A stretch of DNA of 64,000 bases from Eledone cirrhosa (taxonomy: Eukaryota). Below the pieces are notes generated by a model, which saw only the letters and a list, made by a program, of their open reading frames with translations, ran no database searches and was not told the DNA's origin. Below are positions 1 to 13,599 of the stretch, piece after piece. The position numbers were made by a program, and so were the translations under genes. Location of the stretch: positions 43,586,001 to 43,650,000 of the forward strand of contig OZ024741.1 of NCBI GenBank assembly GCA_964016885.1, in the 5' to 3' direction. Every line of letters begins with the position of its first letter. Position 1 is the first letter of the stretch.

Positions 1-1105
1 GGCAACCGCCTCCGCAGACGCAACCAGCATGCCCGCGAAATGACAGGGGAACATGCAGGACATGACGTGCGGAATAACAATCGCACCACCCCGCGTGCTG
101 TGGGTTGTAATGGTGCTACTGACAGCTGCGGGAGCGTAGGTAACAACGTAGGCAGCAACAATGATAGCCTTACTGTGGGAAATAGATGGAACCGCGACAG
201 AAATTGCAACTGCCGCGACAGAAGACGCTGCCCCCTTAGAGGATACTTCTTGACTGATAGGGTTATATATAGATGCACTGTAACTAGCCACAATAGCGTT
301 AAATATTATATAGGGGCTACCTCCGGCCCGTTCAAAATTAAGTTTCGAACACATCTCCACTCTTTCACAAATAAAAAAACTAAAACACTCCACTTCGCTC
401 GCAGACAAAATCAAATCACTAAAGGACTTAAACATCAGCTTCTCCACGACTGGGATATTGTCGGAACGGCTGCACCTTACAACTTCAAGAGGAAGTGCGA
501 TCTTTGCCTCATGGAGCTCTACCACATCATAACTACACCCCACGAGCTCATCAACAGCAGAGCTGAAACAGCGATGAGTTGTACACATCGCTTAAAAATA
601 TCCTTCTTCTGATGGGTTAAGGATAAGGACTGAAACCGTGCATCGGATCTCACTGCAACAAGTTGTAACACCCCGGCGGGCAGGCGCTGCAAAATAACAT
701 CTAGGAAACTAACCATGCATACCAGACCCAGCCTCAAACGACCCAGACAAACATGTGCGGAAAAACAAACGTCTCAAAATAAGCGTTGGTTACATGACCA
801 TGTGCGTATCGACAATGGTAAGGTTGTAACCTCATCTTGTAACGGATAAAAAGTTGCCCGGGAAAGTCTGCCCTAACACCGTCCAGAGTTACCTCCCTTG
901 ACCTGCTGCAAAATCAAAACAAGGTATTTTTGCGAGCAATAAATCTTGTCGTGAATTTAACCTCAAAAACTCTTTCTGAGTAATGTAAGGAACACTTTTG
1001 GTTATTTATGCCCTTGAGAAGCCAACTGGGCGAAACGTTCGTAGGTGCTGTTTTAAATAAACATGTTTTAACGGTCTATTCTCCGATTTCTTACGTTTCC
1101 ACGTA
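1..1105 (+). mobile_element. Penelope-like element (Neptune-type) 3' fragment: GIY-YIG endonuclease plus pLTR
   Basis: ORF 40..612 has CNCRDRRRCPL, VIYRCTV, YYIGATSGPFK, WDIV, CDLCLMELYHI and LINSRAE...CTH, the CCHH-GIY-YIG pattern of PLEs. The element ends in (TA)n, and 900-1105 recurs inverted at 58694-58885. Confidence 0.9.
1009..1048 (+). ncRNA. Minimal type-I hammerhead ribozyme (U3-A8 core variant)
   Basis: gccc-TTGAGAA-gcca ac tgggc-GAAAC-gttc-GTA-ggtgc. The sister copy at 58750-58790 has the palindromic stem III acgtacgt. Confidence 0.7.
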
Positions 1106-1328
1106 TATATATATATAATAAATGTAATCTGAGTTTCTCGAATATTAATAATAACATTCGATTTGTTTGCAATTATGCAAACAAGCCTCAATTTTATAGC
1201 CATGACAGTAGAATGAACACTTTATTCTTGCTCTTGTGTTGGCATACGAACATTATTAATAACAATCGAATATTCGAAAAACTCAGATTACATTTATTAT
1301 ATTCAGCCATGTCGAGCGAAATTTTCTT

Positions 1329-1525
<197 letters not shown>

Positions 1526-2220
1526 GGGTGGGTGTATTCAATCGTATTTCTGAAACTGTATGTAAAGCGAATTGTGATGTTGAAGCCGTCTGCACAAATT
1601 AGTAGGTTATTGACGCACAATCGTATTGTGAAGTGTCTGAATCGTGGACCAAGCCGCACGTTGGCTCATTGAAGAAAAACATTTCATTTCAGTTTCATTC
1701 AGTTTATCCAGTCAACAAAAAGAAGAGGGTCACCAGGAGATTGGTGTTAACCCTTATAAAAGACTGACGTTAGGTGAAAAGTGACGTCACTTTGTGATTG
1801 TACAGGACATTAAGCCGTAAAGGAACCTCCAGTGAGATTACAGCCCATAGAAGACCAGATATATTGACGTAGGTGTGAGCTGTAACAACATTTATAATTA
1901 TGACAATATACTAGAAAAATAATAGTATTAATTAATCTAAGTCACGAAGTGCTTTTGAGATACACGTTAAACTCCCCTAATTAGACCATCACTTTATTAT
2001 ATTTCTGCTGTATTCAACGAATTAGTGTACATTAATTGTCATTCTATACCACTTAATCATTGAAAATAACATTTGGGATGATTACCAGTAAATTAAATTA
2101 AAGAATCTTTACAATTATCGGAATTATTTTGAAGAGAATAGTTCTTTCTCCAAAACTGCAAGAGAGATTATACGTTTTATATAATTACAATACACATGTG
2201 TATATATATATATATATATA

Positions 2221-2430
2221 AATGGAAAAAATGAAACGAAATTTCATTTCTCACTCTTAGTACGGCTGTTACTTAAATATAAGTATGTATACGTACATAC
2301 ATATATGTATACAGACATACAGTAGTATGCATATATATACATACATGCACACATATATACATGTAAGTATGGCTTTACCGAACATTTATTATAATGTTCG
2401 GTTTGTTTGTAAACAAACATCCCGAATTAT
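2221..2430 (+). repeat. Dispersed repeat (pLTR-like end), with copies at 31110-31340 and 63350-63690
   Basis: Shared aatggaaaaaatgaaatttcatttctcactcttagtacggctgatacttaaatataagtatg, each copy adjacent to (TA)n. Confidence 0.8.
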
Positions 2431-2436
2431 ATATAC

Positions 2437-2795
2437 AGTTACCCTAAATAAGGCACTATCCTTTGCACAAAAAACTCTGACCTTTCACCAGATGAAATTA
2501 AAATAATACTAGCTGCTAGAAGAACAATCATTACATTCGACAATAGTTACTGGGAACGAAAAAAATAGACAGGTTAACTTCGATATAACTGTGGGATCAG
2601 CCCAAATCACAGAATTGTTGGAATTTATATAGCCCATTTCTTACATAGAGAATTTGATAACCTACAAGGAGGAATCTATAGAACCGATACACTACTTTTA
2701 GCTAAAAACTTAAATAATCAAAACTTAGAAGGATTATGGAAAAAGATTGCAAAATTCTTTAATAATTTAGGCCTTAACATCACTTTTGAACCCAA
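2437..2795 (+). mobile_element. Penelope-like RT fragment, same family as 17200-17650
   Basis: Translates KALSFAQKNSDLSPDEIKIILAARRTIITFDNSYWERK...NLQGGIYR.DTLLLAKNLNNQN. Confidence 0.9.
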
Positions 2796-3316
2796 TTTTT
2801 ATTTTTACTTACTTATCCATGTATTAATTATTTACATTTATTCATGTATTTATTTGTCCCTCTGTTCTTCTTTCTATCATACGTTCTTTTTACTTATGTT
2901 TGTCTCCCCTATCTACCATCATCTTCTATATATCTTCCTCTCTTTATATTTCTATCTATAATAATTTCTCCTTTTCTTCTTCTTTCTCTTTTTCCTTCTT
3001 CTTTCTCCTTCCTTTCCTTTCTTTCTTTACTGTATCTATCTCCTTTTCTTCCTCTTTTTCTCTCTATATCTTTATTATTAATCTGAATTTGTAAATTTGC
3101 CGGCTACATATATATTTTTTTAACAGTTTCTGAAGATCTAATGGTGTTAACACCGTATTTAAAATTGACTGGAACTGCTTTTAGTTTTCAGCAATTTTTA
3201 GACAACTCTATCTTTGAAACAATTGTTAGAGCAAATAAATCCCCTTTTGTGTACTGTTGACCATGTTACTCTCTACTTTTTCAATTATATATATATACAT
3301 ATATGCATATATATAT

Positions 3317-3415
<99 letters not shown>

Positions 3416-3475
3416 ATCCATGTCTACGTCCAGGCACCATTACAACTACTTTTCCACAATAGCCGTCAATGAATG

Positions 3476-3516
<41 letters not shown>

Positions 3517-3869
3517 TGATTATCTTTTATATCGATGGATACTTCATCATCAGTAGATTTAATTACATGCATAGAATATATGGTATATTGAAGTAATTTA
3601 ACATTTGAAATATTCTGAATTATGTGGAAACATTTAAAATATCAAACTGAGCTGCACTCTATAATATTTCCCCGTTTGGAATGTATAGCGATCCTATTCA
3701 TATAATCACCTGTGCAACTGAATATTTATTCTTTATTATGTATTTTATGTCACATCTACTGATCCATGTAGTCTTTGTTTTTAACGAGTCAATCAATGTT
3801 TCACCAGGTAGAGCTTGTCCAAATCGGTCGTAATAAATAATACTATGGTTATATTTTTCGACAGCAATG

Positions 3870-5340
3870 GCGTTTCTCTGTAAATCCCTCCGTCCTCATA
3901 CCTTTCCCAAAGACGTAGGGCTGATACTTTTTAAACAAAACGACACCGGCATCAGACTCACACTGATGATTCCGGAGATCATGTGAAGGACATGAGCATT
4001 GTTCTATCCTCCCCACCTAACAAACAAAAACAAAAATCAAAGATGATATAGTCTTTCAGATTTTTGTAGATAACTACATCAGTTTCCGACCATCAAATCC
4101 TATGTTTTCGAATGCAGTTAATATATTCCATTCTACGAGTATATATCTCAAGTGATTTGAGAAAATATTTAGAAGTTTACATAGTAAAGTTCCATCGCAG
4201 CTTACATATATTCTTTGATTTTATACACTAGAAAACAAAAACAAAAAAAAAAAACAGACGTCGTAGATTTTTGGCTTGGTGCTAGATTTCAACATCTGCA
4301 CCGTGATATCTAATGAAAATCTGCAGGGAGGATAGTTCAGGCTTTTAAAATGTTCGTGTTGGAATTTGGAAGACAAAATGTTTATAAAAACATTTGGAAG
4401 CTCTGGGATATAGTAAATATTACATATCTAGGGAGAAAAGATGAATCCAAAGGCTTCCGGATATATTTGAATAATCACTATAATAGCAATATTTCAAAAG
4501 AATAGCGGAAGTATAATATCAAATAAAATTGCAATTTGGAGACATGATTACATTGGACTTCTATCTATGATCTAAATTCATTGAGTAGCAAACACTTAAC
4601 AACAGCTATTTATATTTTATAATATTTTATAATATTTTATAATATTTTACTTAGCCTAAATGGGCCACTGGCCTAACTTTTAGATAGAATGTAATCAAAA
4701 TTGTTAATGCCTAACAATTTATAAATACAATATCAATCCAAATATAGCTACCATTTACATTATTTTATATTTCCTACTAAGAGAACTTAATAATGTAAAT
4801 TATTCCAAAATTATTGCGCTTAAATATTTAGATAAATACCTCGAAGACTTTTGGAATGTTACATCTTCCAATCCATGCCATTAGCCACATACTATACAAA
4901 GTGTGTAAAAGACTAAGCAATTTAAGATATTCGAATGATGGCAACGAAAACATACATATCAAATCTAAAGATGAACCAAATATAAATGAAAATAGTGATG
5001 GAAACAAAAGAAAGAACACTTTATATAATGAATCTGGAGATAAAATTGAAATGAACTGATTGAAGAGAAATACGTCGAATACAAGAAATTGGTAGAATGA
5101 AATGAAATGTGAAAGAAAAAAATTCAGAAGGTTTTTGTAAAAAGAATACAACAAAGGCTGAACATTTGAAATAATTTAAGAAATAAAAAACTACCAAAAA
5201 TAATAATGAAAACTGCCATCCATAATTGAATGGTATTTTCGTTAAAGCTTATTTTAATCATGCAGTGTCCAATTGCATGAACTTCGGCAATTGACTTTAA
5301 GCTATATTATTACGAATTCAAGAAGCCATTTCAAGTTATA
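3870..5340 (+). pseudogene. Degenerate intronless Cys-loop LGIC remnant B
   Basis: ENI*K (IWxP position), VDFWLGARF..IC, LEFG (4359-4370), LWDIVNIT (4401-4424), NSGSIISNKIAI (TM2 start), a charged M3-M4-like loop (ORF 4856-5059), then KLPSIIEWYFR and a hydrophobic tail. Confidence 0.4.
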
Positions 5341-5699
5341 AAATGAAATATCAATGTTACAAAAGTTTAAAAACAAAAACCTGTACATATAAAACAAATT
5401 ATGTAATGAGATTTCGTGAGCATCTAAGATGAGCTAAACACATAAAAAATATGACAAAGTCAACGAAAATATACATTCAGGTGAAACTTTTAATATTACT
5501 TTCATTTTTATTTGTGGTATGCGCAAATAGAGAGGGTAATTTGATATGTCACCTCAATACCTTGTTTGGTGTTTTAAGGGAACACAACAAAGAACCCGAA
5601 TTATATGAGGTTTCCTATATTTAGACTAAACCAGCAGAAATTTAATTACAGGTCGCTACAATTTAGTTTTATTTCGGAGAAAATATCTCTGCAGGAGAT

Positions 5700-6200
5700 T
5701 TTTCAAATTAAAAGAAAATATTCTTAATCAAAAACCGCTGAACTCTGATTTAATATCAACTGTGTGGTAGATTTATTGTTGTTATTGTTGTAGTTGCTGT
5801 AATTTGACATTGCCTAAAGCATATGTGATGCATTGAATTAGATTGTCTAGAAAATTCTATAGTGTTATGTTGTATAAATTTGCAGCTTTTCAGTACTTAT
5901 TTTCGTACTTGCTTTAAAAATACTTCTCGCTCGCAGATGTGTTATGGTTTAGATTTTAAAGGTTTGGGAGTTGCGTATTACTGGATCGATCCTATATGCG
6001 TTTGTCACATATTCATTTTAAAATACGATGAAATTTAAATCTTTTAAATCGGGCAATATTGGGAACAGGCCAGTATCAGATTACGCCTTGGCAGCAAACA
6101 GGAGGCACACAATACGTGGAGGATTTATTTAAGCACCGTCTTGATATATATTTATATGTTACGGAAGCTGGAATATGTTTAAAATAAAAGCTAATGCAAC
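5700..6200 (+). pseudogene. Possible N-terminal Cys-loop LGIC remnant K
   Basis: YYWIDP....ILKYDEI (5976-6035) followed by SGNIG resembles the W.D.RL.W...Y..I...IW pattern. Weak. Confidence 0.25.
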
Positions 6201-6430
6201 TAATAATGTTTACAAAACGTTTTTTGTTTTTGTTTTTCTTAATCCTTAAATTCTTTTTTCTTTAAGGTTCAAGCTTTCAATTATCATTAGCAGTTCATGT
6301 GCAAACTGTGATTGATGATCTATGAGAATGATGTTAGCACATACACATATTAAATGGCATTCTCTCACGATCATCAATGTCTTGTCATTTAAACTGCATC
6401 TAATGTAGTTAGACACATTCATATATGGCA

Positions 6431-6499
<69 letters not shown>

Positions 6500-6600
6500 G
6501 CAAACTCATGCGTAAACAGAGACATAGACAAGAAGAAATAAATAAATAAATAAAATAAAAATGGCGTAGGCATTACAATACTATGGGAGGAAGCATGATA

Positions 6601-6650
6601 GAACCACTGATGATGTCACATATCCGTGACGAAAGAACTTTTATAGACTA
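6601..6650 (+). ncRNA. Hammerhead ribozyme core (stems I and III degraded)
   Basis: CTGATGA-t-gtcac atatcc gtgac-GAAA. Confidence 0.6.
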
Positions 6651-6734
6651 TATATATATATTTATATCTGTATTTTTAACTGTTAGTCAATCAATGATAA
6701 ACATTGATTGTCAGATATAAAAGATACAGAAGTG

Positions 6735-6815
6735 AAAACCAACCCAAACGAAACAGTGAGTGTGTTCTGTTATTATTTCTGACAATATTATAACAATATG
6801 ACCCTCCACAAGTAT
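6735..6815 (+). repeat. pLTR-end repeat family, also at 11133-11283 (inverted pair) and 59758-59835
   Basis: Shared aaacagtgagtgtgttctgttatta...atatgaccctcc.caagtata followed by (TA)n. Confidence 0.85.
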
Positions 6816-7299
6816 AGAAATATATATATATATTTTTCTTTCCACTTTGCAATTTTCCAATAGAATACGTGAATCTAATAAGACTTTTGTATCTCTGTTT
6901 GTTGCCTCCTTGAACTATATATATATATTTATATGCAGAATTGCAAACCAGCAAGTTGACAGACGCACACATGATGCAGTTATCTGATCGTTTATGTAAC
7001 TGTATGCGTTTTGTGCTGATATATATAAACACACGGAAGGAACTGAAGAAGTATTTTCGTCTTTTCTCTATCCGATTCTTCGCACAAGATAAATTTGGAA
7101 GATTGTATAGCAATGAACTGTGCAACCTCTCGTATACTGTTTGTATTAGCAATAGAGGTCATCCCGAAGACTACAATGTGCTGATGAGCTCTAACAGTGT
7201 TGAGAGAGGGGTTTCTAAAAAGTCTTCTTGGGCGACACTACAGTTATTTACCCCAAATAGTATGAAATATATAAAATACTGAAATAGTTGTATGAGTTA

Positions 7300-7880
7300 A
7301 TTGCTCCTTTCAATATGAGGTTTAAACCAACAAAAACCCGGAGCCTATCTCTCTAAAGGGGGCAAGTAGTGGGAACTGTCATGCTCACTCTAACCAACTA
7401 AAATATCAAAAACGTGACAGAGGAACAACTCGAAAGCCTGGAAAGGAAGTATGACGACACTCTGAAAGATACAAAAAGGGGAATCCAAACCGAGCAGGTC
7501 ATAGAAAAAATTGGCCTATCTAGCAAATACAAATTTTGGTGCCTGAAGATCATGTTGATCTCAAAGCATCTCGATAACATATCAGCTGTAGTACTGTGGC
7601 AGCCATGGAGGCCAAAATCAACAAAAATGAAGTGGCTTAGTGCCTCAGCAGGTATAATTTATGTTGTAGTCATCAGGCCAAACTGATTGAACCTCTCAAG
7701 TCCACTGTTGAGGAATATAACGTCGGAAAATCCAGGTTCTTGAACATGCTTGCCGACTCGGAAGACAATCTCATGAAATGACGTTCAGTAACTGGGAAGA
7801 ATACGACAAACCACTAAAGACAATAGTAGAAACAACTGAGAGGAGAAGCAACTATGTCGAGGATGGACATAAACGACCTC
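7300..7880 (+). mobile_element. Hero-clade (R2 group) non-LTR retrotransposon, RT thumb fragment
   Basis: MRFKPTKTRSLSL.RG, SLERKYDDTL, GLSSKYKFWC, AMEAKINK..KWL, KL..PLKSTVEEY..GK.R follow the Hero/R2-group C-terminal RT pattern. Confidence 0.7.
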
Positions 7881-8339
7881 CATACCATTTCTATTTTAAG
7901 GTATTTTAAAGGAATTAACCTCTAGTGAGTCTATGTTGTAGTGATGGTGGTTTAATTGTTGGTGTCTCCCCGCCACCATCACTACCAACATTATTTTTCA
8001 GAACTCATGAAAATGTTTAAATGTAGGTTTGAAAGCAAAGCAAAAGTAAAGGAGTTCTACTTAGATCTTTTCAACAAAATCTCTATACAGTTTAAATGCA
8101 CAAGTCTCCGATATCAAGGTTGTTAAAGTTTGTCAACAAATGGGAACTCGGGTATTGTGATCTGGATGCAGCTCAGTCCCCTTCGAGTGTAAGATGTGAA
8201 GGACCTAAACACTTTCATGGGTGAGAGTTGACTTTGAAGAACCGGTATTAGAGCTTTCCTGAGAGTTTCTTACACATACATACGCACACACACACACGCA
8301 CACACGCACACGCGCACACACACACACACACACACACAG

Positions 8340-8640
8340 GTAAAAACACCCTTCGGTCACGAATGACCATGGGATTTACACCTAGAAAGTTTCCCTCCGA
8401 GGCACAAGTCCTGGCAAGATTGTTTATCGATACCAGTCGCCAATCTCTACGCCACTGATGATGTCCAAGGGAACGGCAAACAGCTTGACACCAGTGACGT
8501 CGCAATTCATTTCTACAGCTGAGTAAACTGGAGTAGCGCGAAATAACGTGTCTTCCACACAACGCACCACCCGGTCCGTGAATCGAACTCACAAAGTTCT
8601 GTTTGAAAGCACAATGCTCTAACCACTAAGCCATGCACCT
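8340..8640 (-). mobile_element. tRNA-derived SINE (second family)
   Basis: Minus strand: A box tggcttagtgg, B box gagttcgattc, then a CORE-like segment (cacgttatttc.cg..ctccagtttactcagctg). Flanked by microsatellites. Confidence 0.8.
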
Positions 8641-8661
8641 TCAAACACACTCCCCCACTCT

Positions 8662-8783
<122 letters not shown>

Positions 8784-8824
8784 GTGTGTGTGTGTGTATA
8801 TATATGTATGTATATATATATCAT

Positions 8825-9165
8825 TAGTTATCAGGCACTGTTTCACTGCTTGACATCTTGGGCATGTGACGTTTACCATAATATAGAGTCTATCCATGTC
8901 GTGTGTGAGCCTGGTTAGACGGAAACTGATTGGAAGGCCGTCGGACGGATTGAACCTGTATTTCAAATGGCTATACTGTCACACATGATGTCACGCTGTT
9001 TCTTCTTCAATTTTTTTATTCAGTATTTCCCAAGACCCGATGTTCATCAGGCTGTAACTTATCCCACATTCATCAGACGATTGACTGGAGCAACTGAAAT
9101 ATTTTTGCTCTAGAACACAATGAGTCACCTAGTACACTTCGTTATGATCGCCATCCCAACAGCCT
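8825..9165 (-). mobile_element. Old degenerate SINE
   Basis: Minus strand tgtgttctagagcaaaaatatttcagttgctccagtc resembles the core of the 8340-8640 SINE. Confidence 0.45.
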
Positions 9166-9287
9166 TAATATATGCACACATATACATGCATACATATACA
9201 TTTATAATTACAACCATGCATACATACATATTTATACACACACATACACATACAGACGCAGGCACACACATAAACACACACACACAC

Positions 9288-9374
<87 letters not shown>

Positions 9375-10145
9375 GTGTCTCTCTATGGCAGTTGAGTATA
9401 CCTGTGAATCTAATCATTTCACGTGTAACCAAATACCGAAAGTAGAAACCTTTAATACTGTGTTACGTTGCAGTTTAACTAAGCTTCATCATCCATACTA
9501 GATGACTTTCCTGTTTTCCAGTAAGCAACGTGTGTAGAATGCAATGATCTTCAGGCAGCAAGATGAGGGAAAACCAATTACAACTGATATAGTATGCATA
9601 CAAATAGACTGAACTTTAATCCGGGATTGGCTAGTGGCAATTAATTGTTCTTAAGTTAGTTGATCGAGATCAGATTGAATTCATATCATTGCGATTGTAA
9701 ATACAGACTTCATTTTTATTTGAGATTGTTGCAAAAATATAACAGAACAATATTGAAACAATTAGTGAAAAATAAAGAGAAATAAGTAAGAAGGTAGAAA
9801 GTGAAAGGGATACGGAATGAATGTGAGATTGGAAACAGGAAGAAAGTGAAACAAAGACGAAAAAAGGATAATACGTTAAGAAGTTGAAAGAAAGTAATAT
9901 TTAAGGGTGTTTAAAAAAAAGGTTGCTTGAAAAATTAAAAAAGCAAAGTAGAAATATCCCCAAAATGTATAAAGATTATGTTCTGATGTCAAAAAGCGCT
10001 CAATTATGTTGTCGCTGTTGTTGGTTGTTGGTTGTGGAGGTGGTCGTTTAGCTGTTGTTTAACTCGATGTCAGCCATTGATCAAAGAGAACTTACAGCAG
10101 CAACCATACCCTTCAAGGGTCTTTTGAGTAAAGTTACTAAATAGC

Positions 10146-10480
10146 GTGCGTAGCTTAGCGATCAGAGTGTCAGTTCAGGTAGAGCCACTACTTCTCCGAA
10201 TTGGTAATGTGTTTAGAATGTCTCAGGAAAGAAACGCTGGACAGATTCTACGGGCAAAACCAAACCTTAGGAGACCCAGGGGTAGACCCCTAGCAAGAGG
10301 GCTCAATAGCATCCACATCCGATGGAAAGAGTGTTTGAGGACTCAGCTCCCACGACCTTCACAGGAGCAAGTGGGCAAAGAAGAAGAAGAAGAAGAAGAA
10401 GGAGAAGAAGAAGAAGAAGAAGAAGAAGAAGAAGAAGAAGAAGAAATAGAACAACCACAACAACAACAACAGCAATAACA
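10146..10480 (+). mobile_element. RTE-clade LINE 3' end with (GAA)n tail
   Basis: VEPLLLRIG.VFRMSQER...AKP..RRPRGRP.ARGL followed by (GAA)n/(CAA)n. Confidence 0.7.
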
Positions 10481-10512
10481 ACAGCTAAGTAACATTATTC
10501 TCTTAACATATA

Positions 10513-10855
10513 AGGGCGGTGGATTGGCAGTATCAGTAGAGAGTCGGACGCCATGCTTTCCAGCATAGTTACGCCCCTTTACGGTCTGTGTTCAAATCCC
10601 GCCGAGGTTAACTTTGCCTTTCATCCTTACGGGGTCGATAAAATAAAGTACCAGTAATGTACTGGATAATTGCTGGCCTTGTGCCAAAAGTAGAAACAAT
10701 TATTCTCTTAACATATAGAGTTATGGCCCTTGCCATTCTGAGTTCAAATCCCACCGAGGTTAACTTTGCCTTTAATCCTTACGGGGTCGATAAAATAAAG
10801 TACCAGTAATTCACTGAGTAATTGCTGGCCTTGTGCCAAAAGTAGAAACAATTAT
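10513..10855 (+). mobile_element. tRNA-derived SINE (main family): one full copy plus a 5'-truncated tandem copy
   Basis: ggcggtggattggcagtatc..., B box gttcaaatccc, core gcctttcatccttacggggtcgataaaataaagtaccag, tail ggccttgtgccaaaagtagaaacaatt. The target ttattctcttaaca occurs three times. Confidence 0.95.
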
Positions 10856-11041
10856 TCTCTTAACACATGTTTCGACAAGAAAAAAAAACTAGGGTAAAGA
10901 AAAAAGAATCAAAAGCTATTTAGTGTTATTATATTTATATATCATCATCTCATTAATAACTGTCCATATTTTTTTGATCGAAGTAGACTGAAATATCAGG
11001 TAAATTGCTGGCCTTGTGCCAAAAGTAGAAACAATTATTAT

Positions 11042-11072
<31 letters not shown>

Positions 11073-11277
11073 GCGGCGATGAATTAGTTTTGCGAGCTTT
11101 TTTCTATGAAATCGTGTGACGAAACAAATATTGTTATACTTGGGGAGGGTCATATTCGTGTAATATTGCCAGAATTAATAACAGAACACACACACTGTTA
11201 TATAAACCAACCAAACAGTGAGTGTGTTCTGTTATTAATTCTGGCAATATTACACGAATATGACCCTCCCCAAGTAT

Positions 11278-11361
<84 letters not shown>

Positions 11362-11774
11362 ATGTGTGTGTGTGCGTGTGTGCGTGTCTGTATGAATGTA
11401 TATTCAAGCACACATATGTGTGTATCATCGCGAGTGTGACAGTGATTGAGGGAGACATACATGATTTTATAAATATGTGTATATGCATATGCATTTACAT
11501 CTAACCAAATACTTGGAGAAAACGCTTAATACTTTGGAAAAAGAATGTATCTAGATTTAGGCGTTACTCGTATTTTCCTTGGTACATTCGTTGTATTCTG
11601 TCATTCAACTACGATTTGTTTTTAAAATTAACTATAACGGCTCTGATGATTATTATCAACAAATACCTTTATTACAATTATTGTTTAATGAATTTAAATA
11701 AAAATACATATGTTGAGATGATATATGAAGAGAATGGGCATTGAAATCAAATTTATAGACTGAAAGAGATAAAC

Positions 11775-11909
<135 letters not shown>

Positions 11910-11946
11910 AATATATAAATATATATATATATATATAAATATATAA

Positions 11947-11959
<13 letters not shown>

Positions 11960-11977
<18 letters not shown>

Positions 11978-12712
11978 TAAACATATGAAAATAGGGAGAA
12001 AAAAACGATTATTAGGAAGAAAAATATATATTTTTTCCATTTATTTTTTAAAATCTTTTTTCTGGGTTAGAAAATGTTTAAAACAAAATATTTTACTTTG
12101 TGTGAAGTGTTAAGTTATTAGTTAATTTATTTATTAATTAACAATGGCATTTATTTATTTATTTATATATTTAATAATTATCTATTACCGGTTTCAGCAT
12201 TTTATGCATTATCAAATGGAGGAATTTGTATTGGTGTAAAATATTGGTGATGGTCAAGAAAGAATAATGTTATTTACAAACAAGGTTTTTGAAGTGAAAA
12301 GAAAAAAGAAAAAAGAAAAAAGAAAAAAGGAATTAATGTGGAACATGATAAGGTAATGGGAAAGAAAACATAATATTATAGACAGGCATATTTCTTGAAG
12401 ATAAGCAGTTCAAAATGTGTTATGGCAAGAGTGCTTAGTTGATCCATGACGGAGGCAAATGGTAGTCTGCGGTTTGATATGATTTCCCTTTTTAGTAAGG
12501 TAATATGCAGGGGTTGGGGGTAATTCAAGGTGGTCAGGTAGGGGAGAGAGAAATGAGAGGGGGTAATTCATTTATATAAGAAAAAAGGTTAGGTAGGGTG
12601 TGAGGGGGGTATCTCTTTAGAGAACATGAATTTGGGTTTGGTACATTGTTCATTCCAGTTTTAGTTTAGTCCGAAGTTTAGTCCATTAAGTAGAGGTTGG
12701 TATTTGTTATAT
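11960..12712 (-). mobile_element. Penelope-like 3' end/pLTR with hammerhead at 12181-12222
   Basis: Minus strand begins YQPLLN (GIY-YIG C-terminus). HHR reads ccat-TTGATAA-t-gcat aaa atgc-t-GAAAC-cg-GTA-atag. Confidence 0.6.
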
Positions 12713-13224
12713 ATATATACAAATGGAAGTACAGCATAACCGAGAGCACTGGCTGCAGCTAAGCTAATGAATGCAATCGGAATGTGTAGCTAAGCACTCA
12801 ATAAGGTATTTTACCACAGAGTAATAACATTACGTTTAGACAGCTTTGCAAATTGAAGATTCCGACCGGTAAGACAGCCGCAGGGACCAAAGCAACGAAA
12901 AAACTGACTCAGGATAATTTGACAAACCTGGACCATCGCGTCGATATTATGCAATATCACCGCTAAATTGCTGTGAATACGAAATCAACAAAATCCACTT
13001 GCGGGGCATGCAAGTTATTGGTTTTGGAAGATCGAACAGAGGATTCATTTTCTCAACAGGTATCCGTTCTCAGCCGCGCCGTTAGTGAATTTTAGCAGTA
13101 AACACTGCTGACGGTCACATAGTTTACCAAAGGGTGGTAACCCCCGGTTTTTGGCGGTCAAAATTCAAATTTTGACAAAGGAATAAATTCCTTTCCACAA
13201 ACCGAATAAAGTTCTCGACCAGGC

Positions 13225-13431
13225 GTTATTAAATAAACATAAATAATTAACCAATCAATAGAATTGTCTAATTAAATTAATCTATTAACCATTAAGTCTA
13301 GGAGATAATAATAATAATTATATATATATATATATAATTATTATTATTATCTCCTAGACTTAATGGTTAATAAATTAATTTAATTAGACAATTCTATTGA
13401 TTGGTTAATTATTTATGTTTATTTAATAACG
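13225..13431. repeat. Near-perfect palindrome centred on (TA)n, arms about 95 bp
   Basis: cgttattaaataaacataa...ggagataataataataatta (TA)n taattattattattatctcc...ttatgtttatttaataacg. Confidence 0.95.
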
Positions 13432-13599
13432 TATATATATATGGGATAACAAGTTATTGTTATAGGCAATCCAGTTAGAGGTTGTGAGATCTCTGCGTTG
13501 TGGATAGTTTTAACGTACGGCTTTTTTTTTTTGACTCAACAAGATGCTTCCATAGTTATGCAGCGAGTGCACCGTAATTTTTATGCACGTTATACTTGT

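Larger units (their letters stand above)
1900..3830 (+). pseudogene. Degenerate intronless Cys-loop LGIC (chemotactile receptor/atypical nAChR-like) remnant A, split by insertions
   Basis: Collinear motifs: NIWDDYQ (2068-2088), TT..x13..NPLLC (about 3205-3252), NI*NIL (3600-3617, W to stop), then a hydrophobic TM1-like stretch YLFFIMYFMSHLLIHVVFVF (about 3720-3783). Confidence 0.35.

Noticed and set aside
3963-4000. CTGATGA as a hammerhead core (also at 11643)
   Set aside because: No correctly placed stem II plus GAAA.
4856-5059. Intact terminal exon of a live gene
   Set aside because: No convincing splice context, and the surrounding frames are full of stops; treated as part of remnant B.
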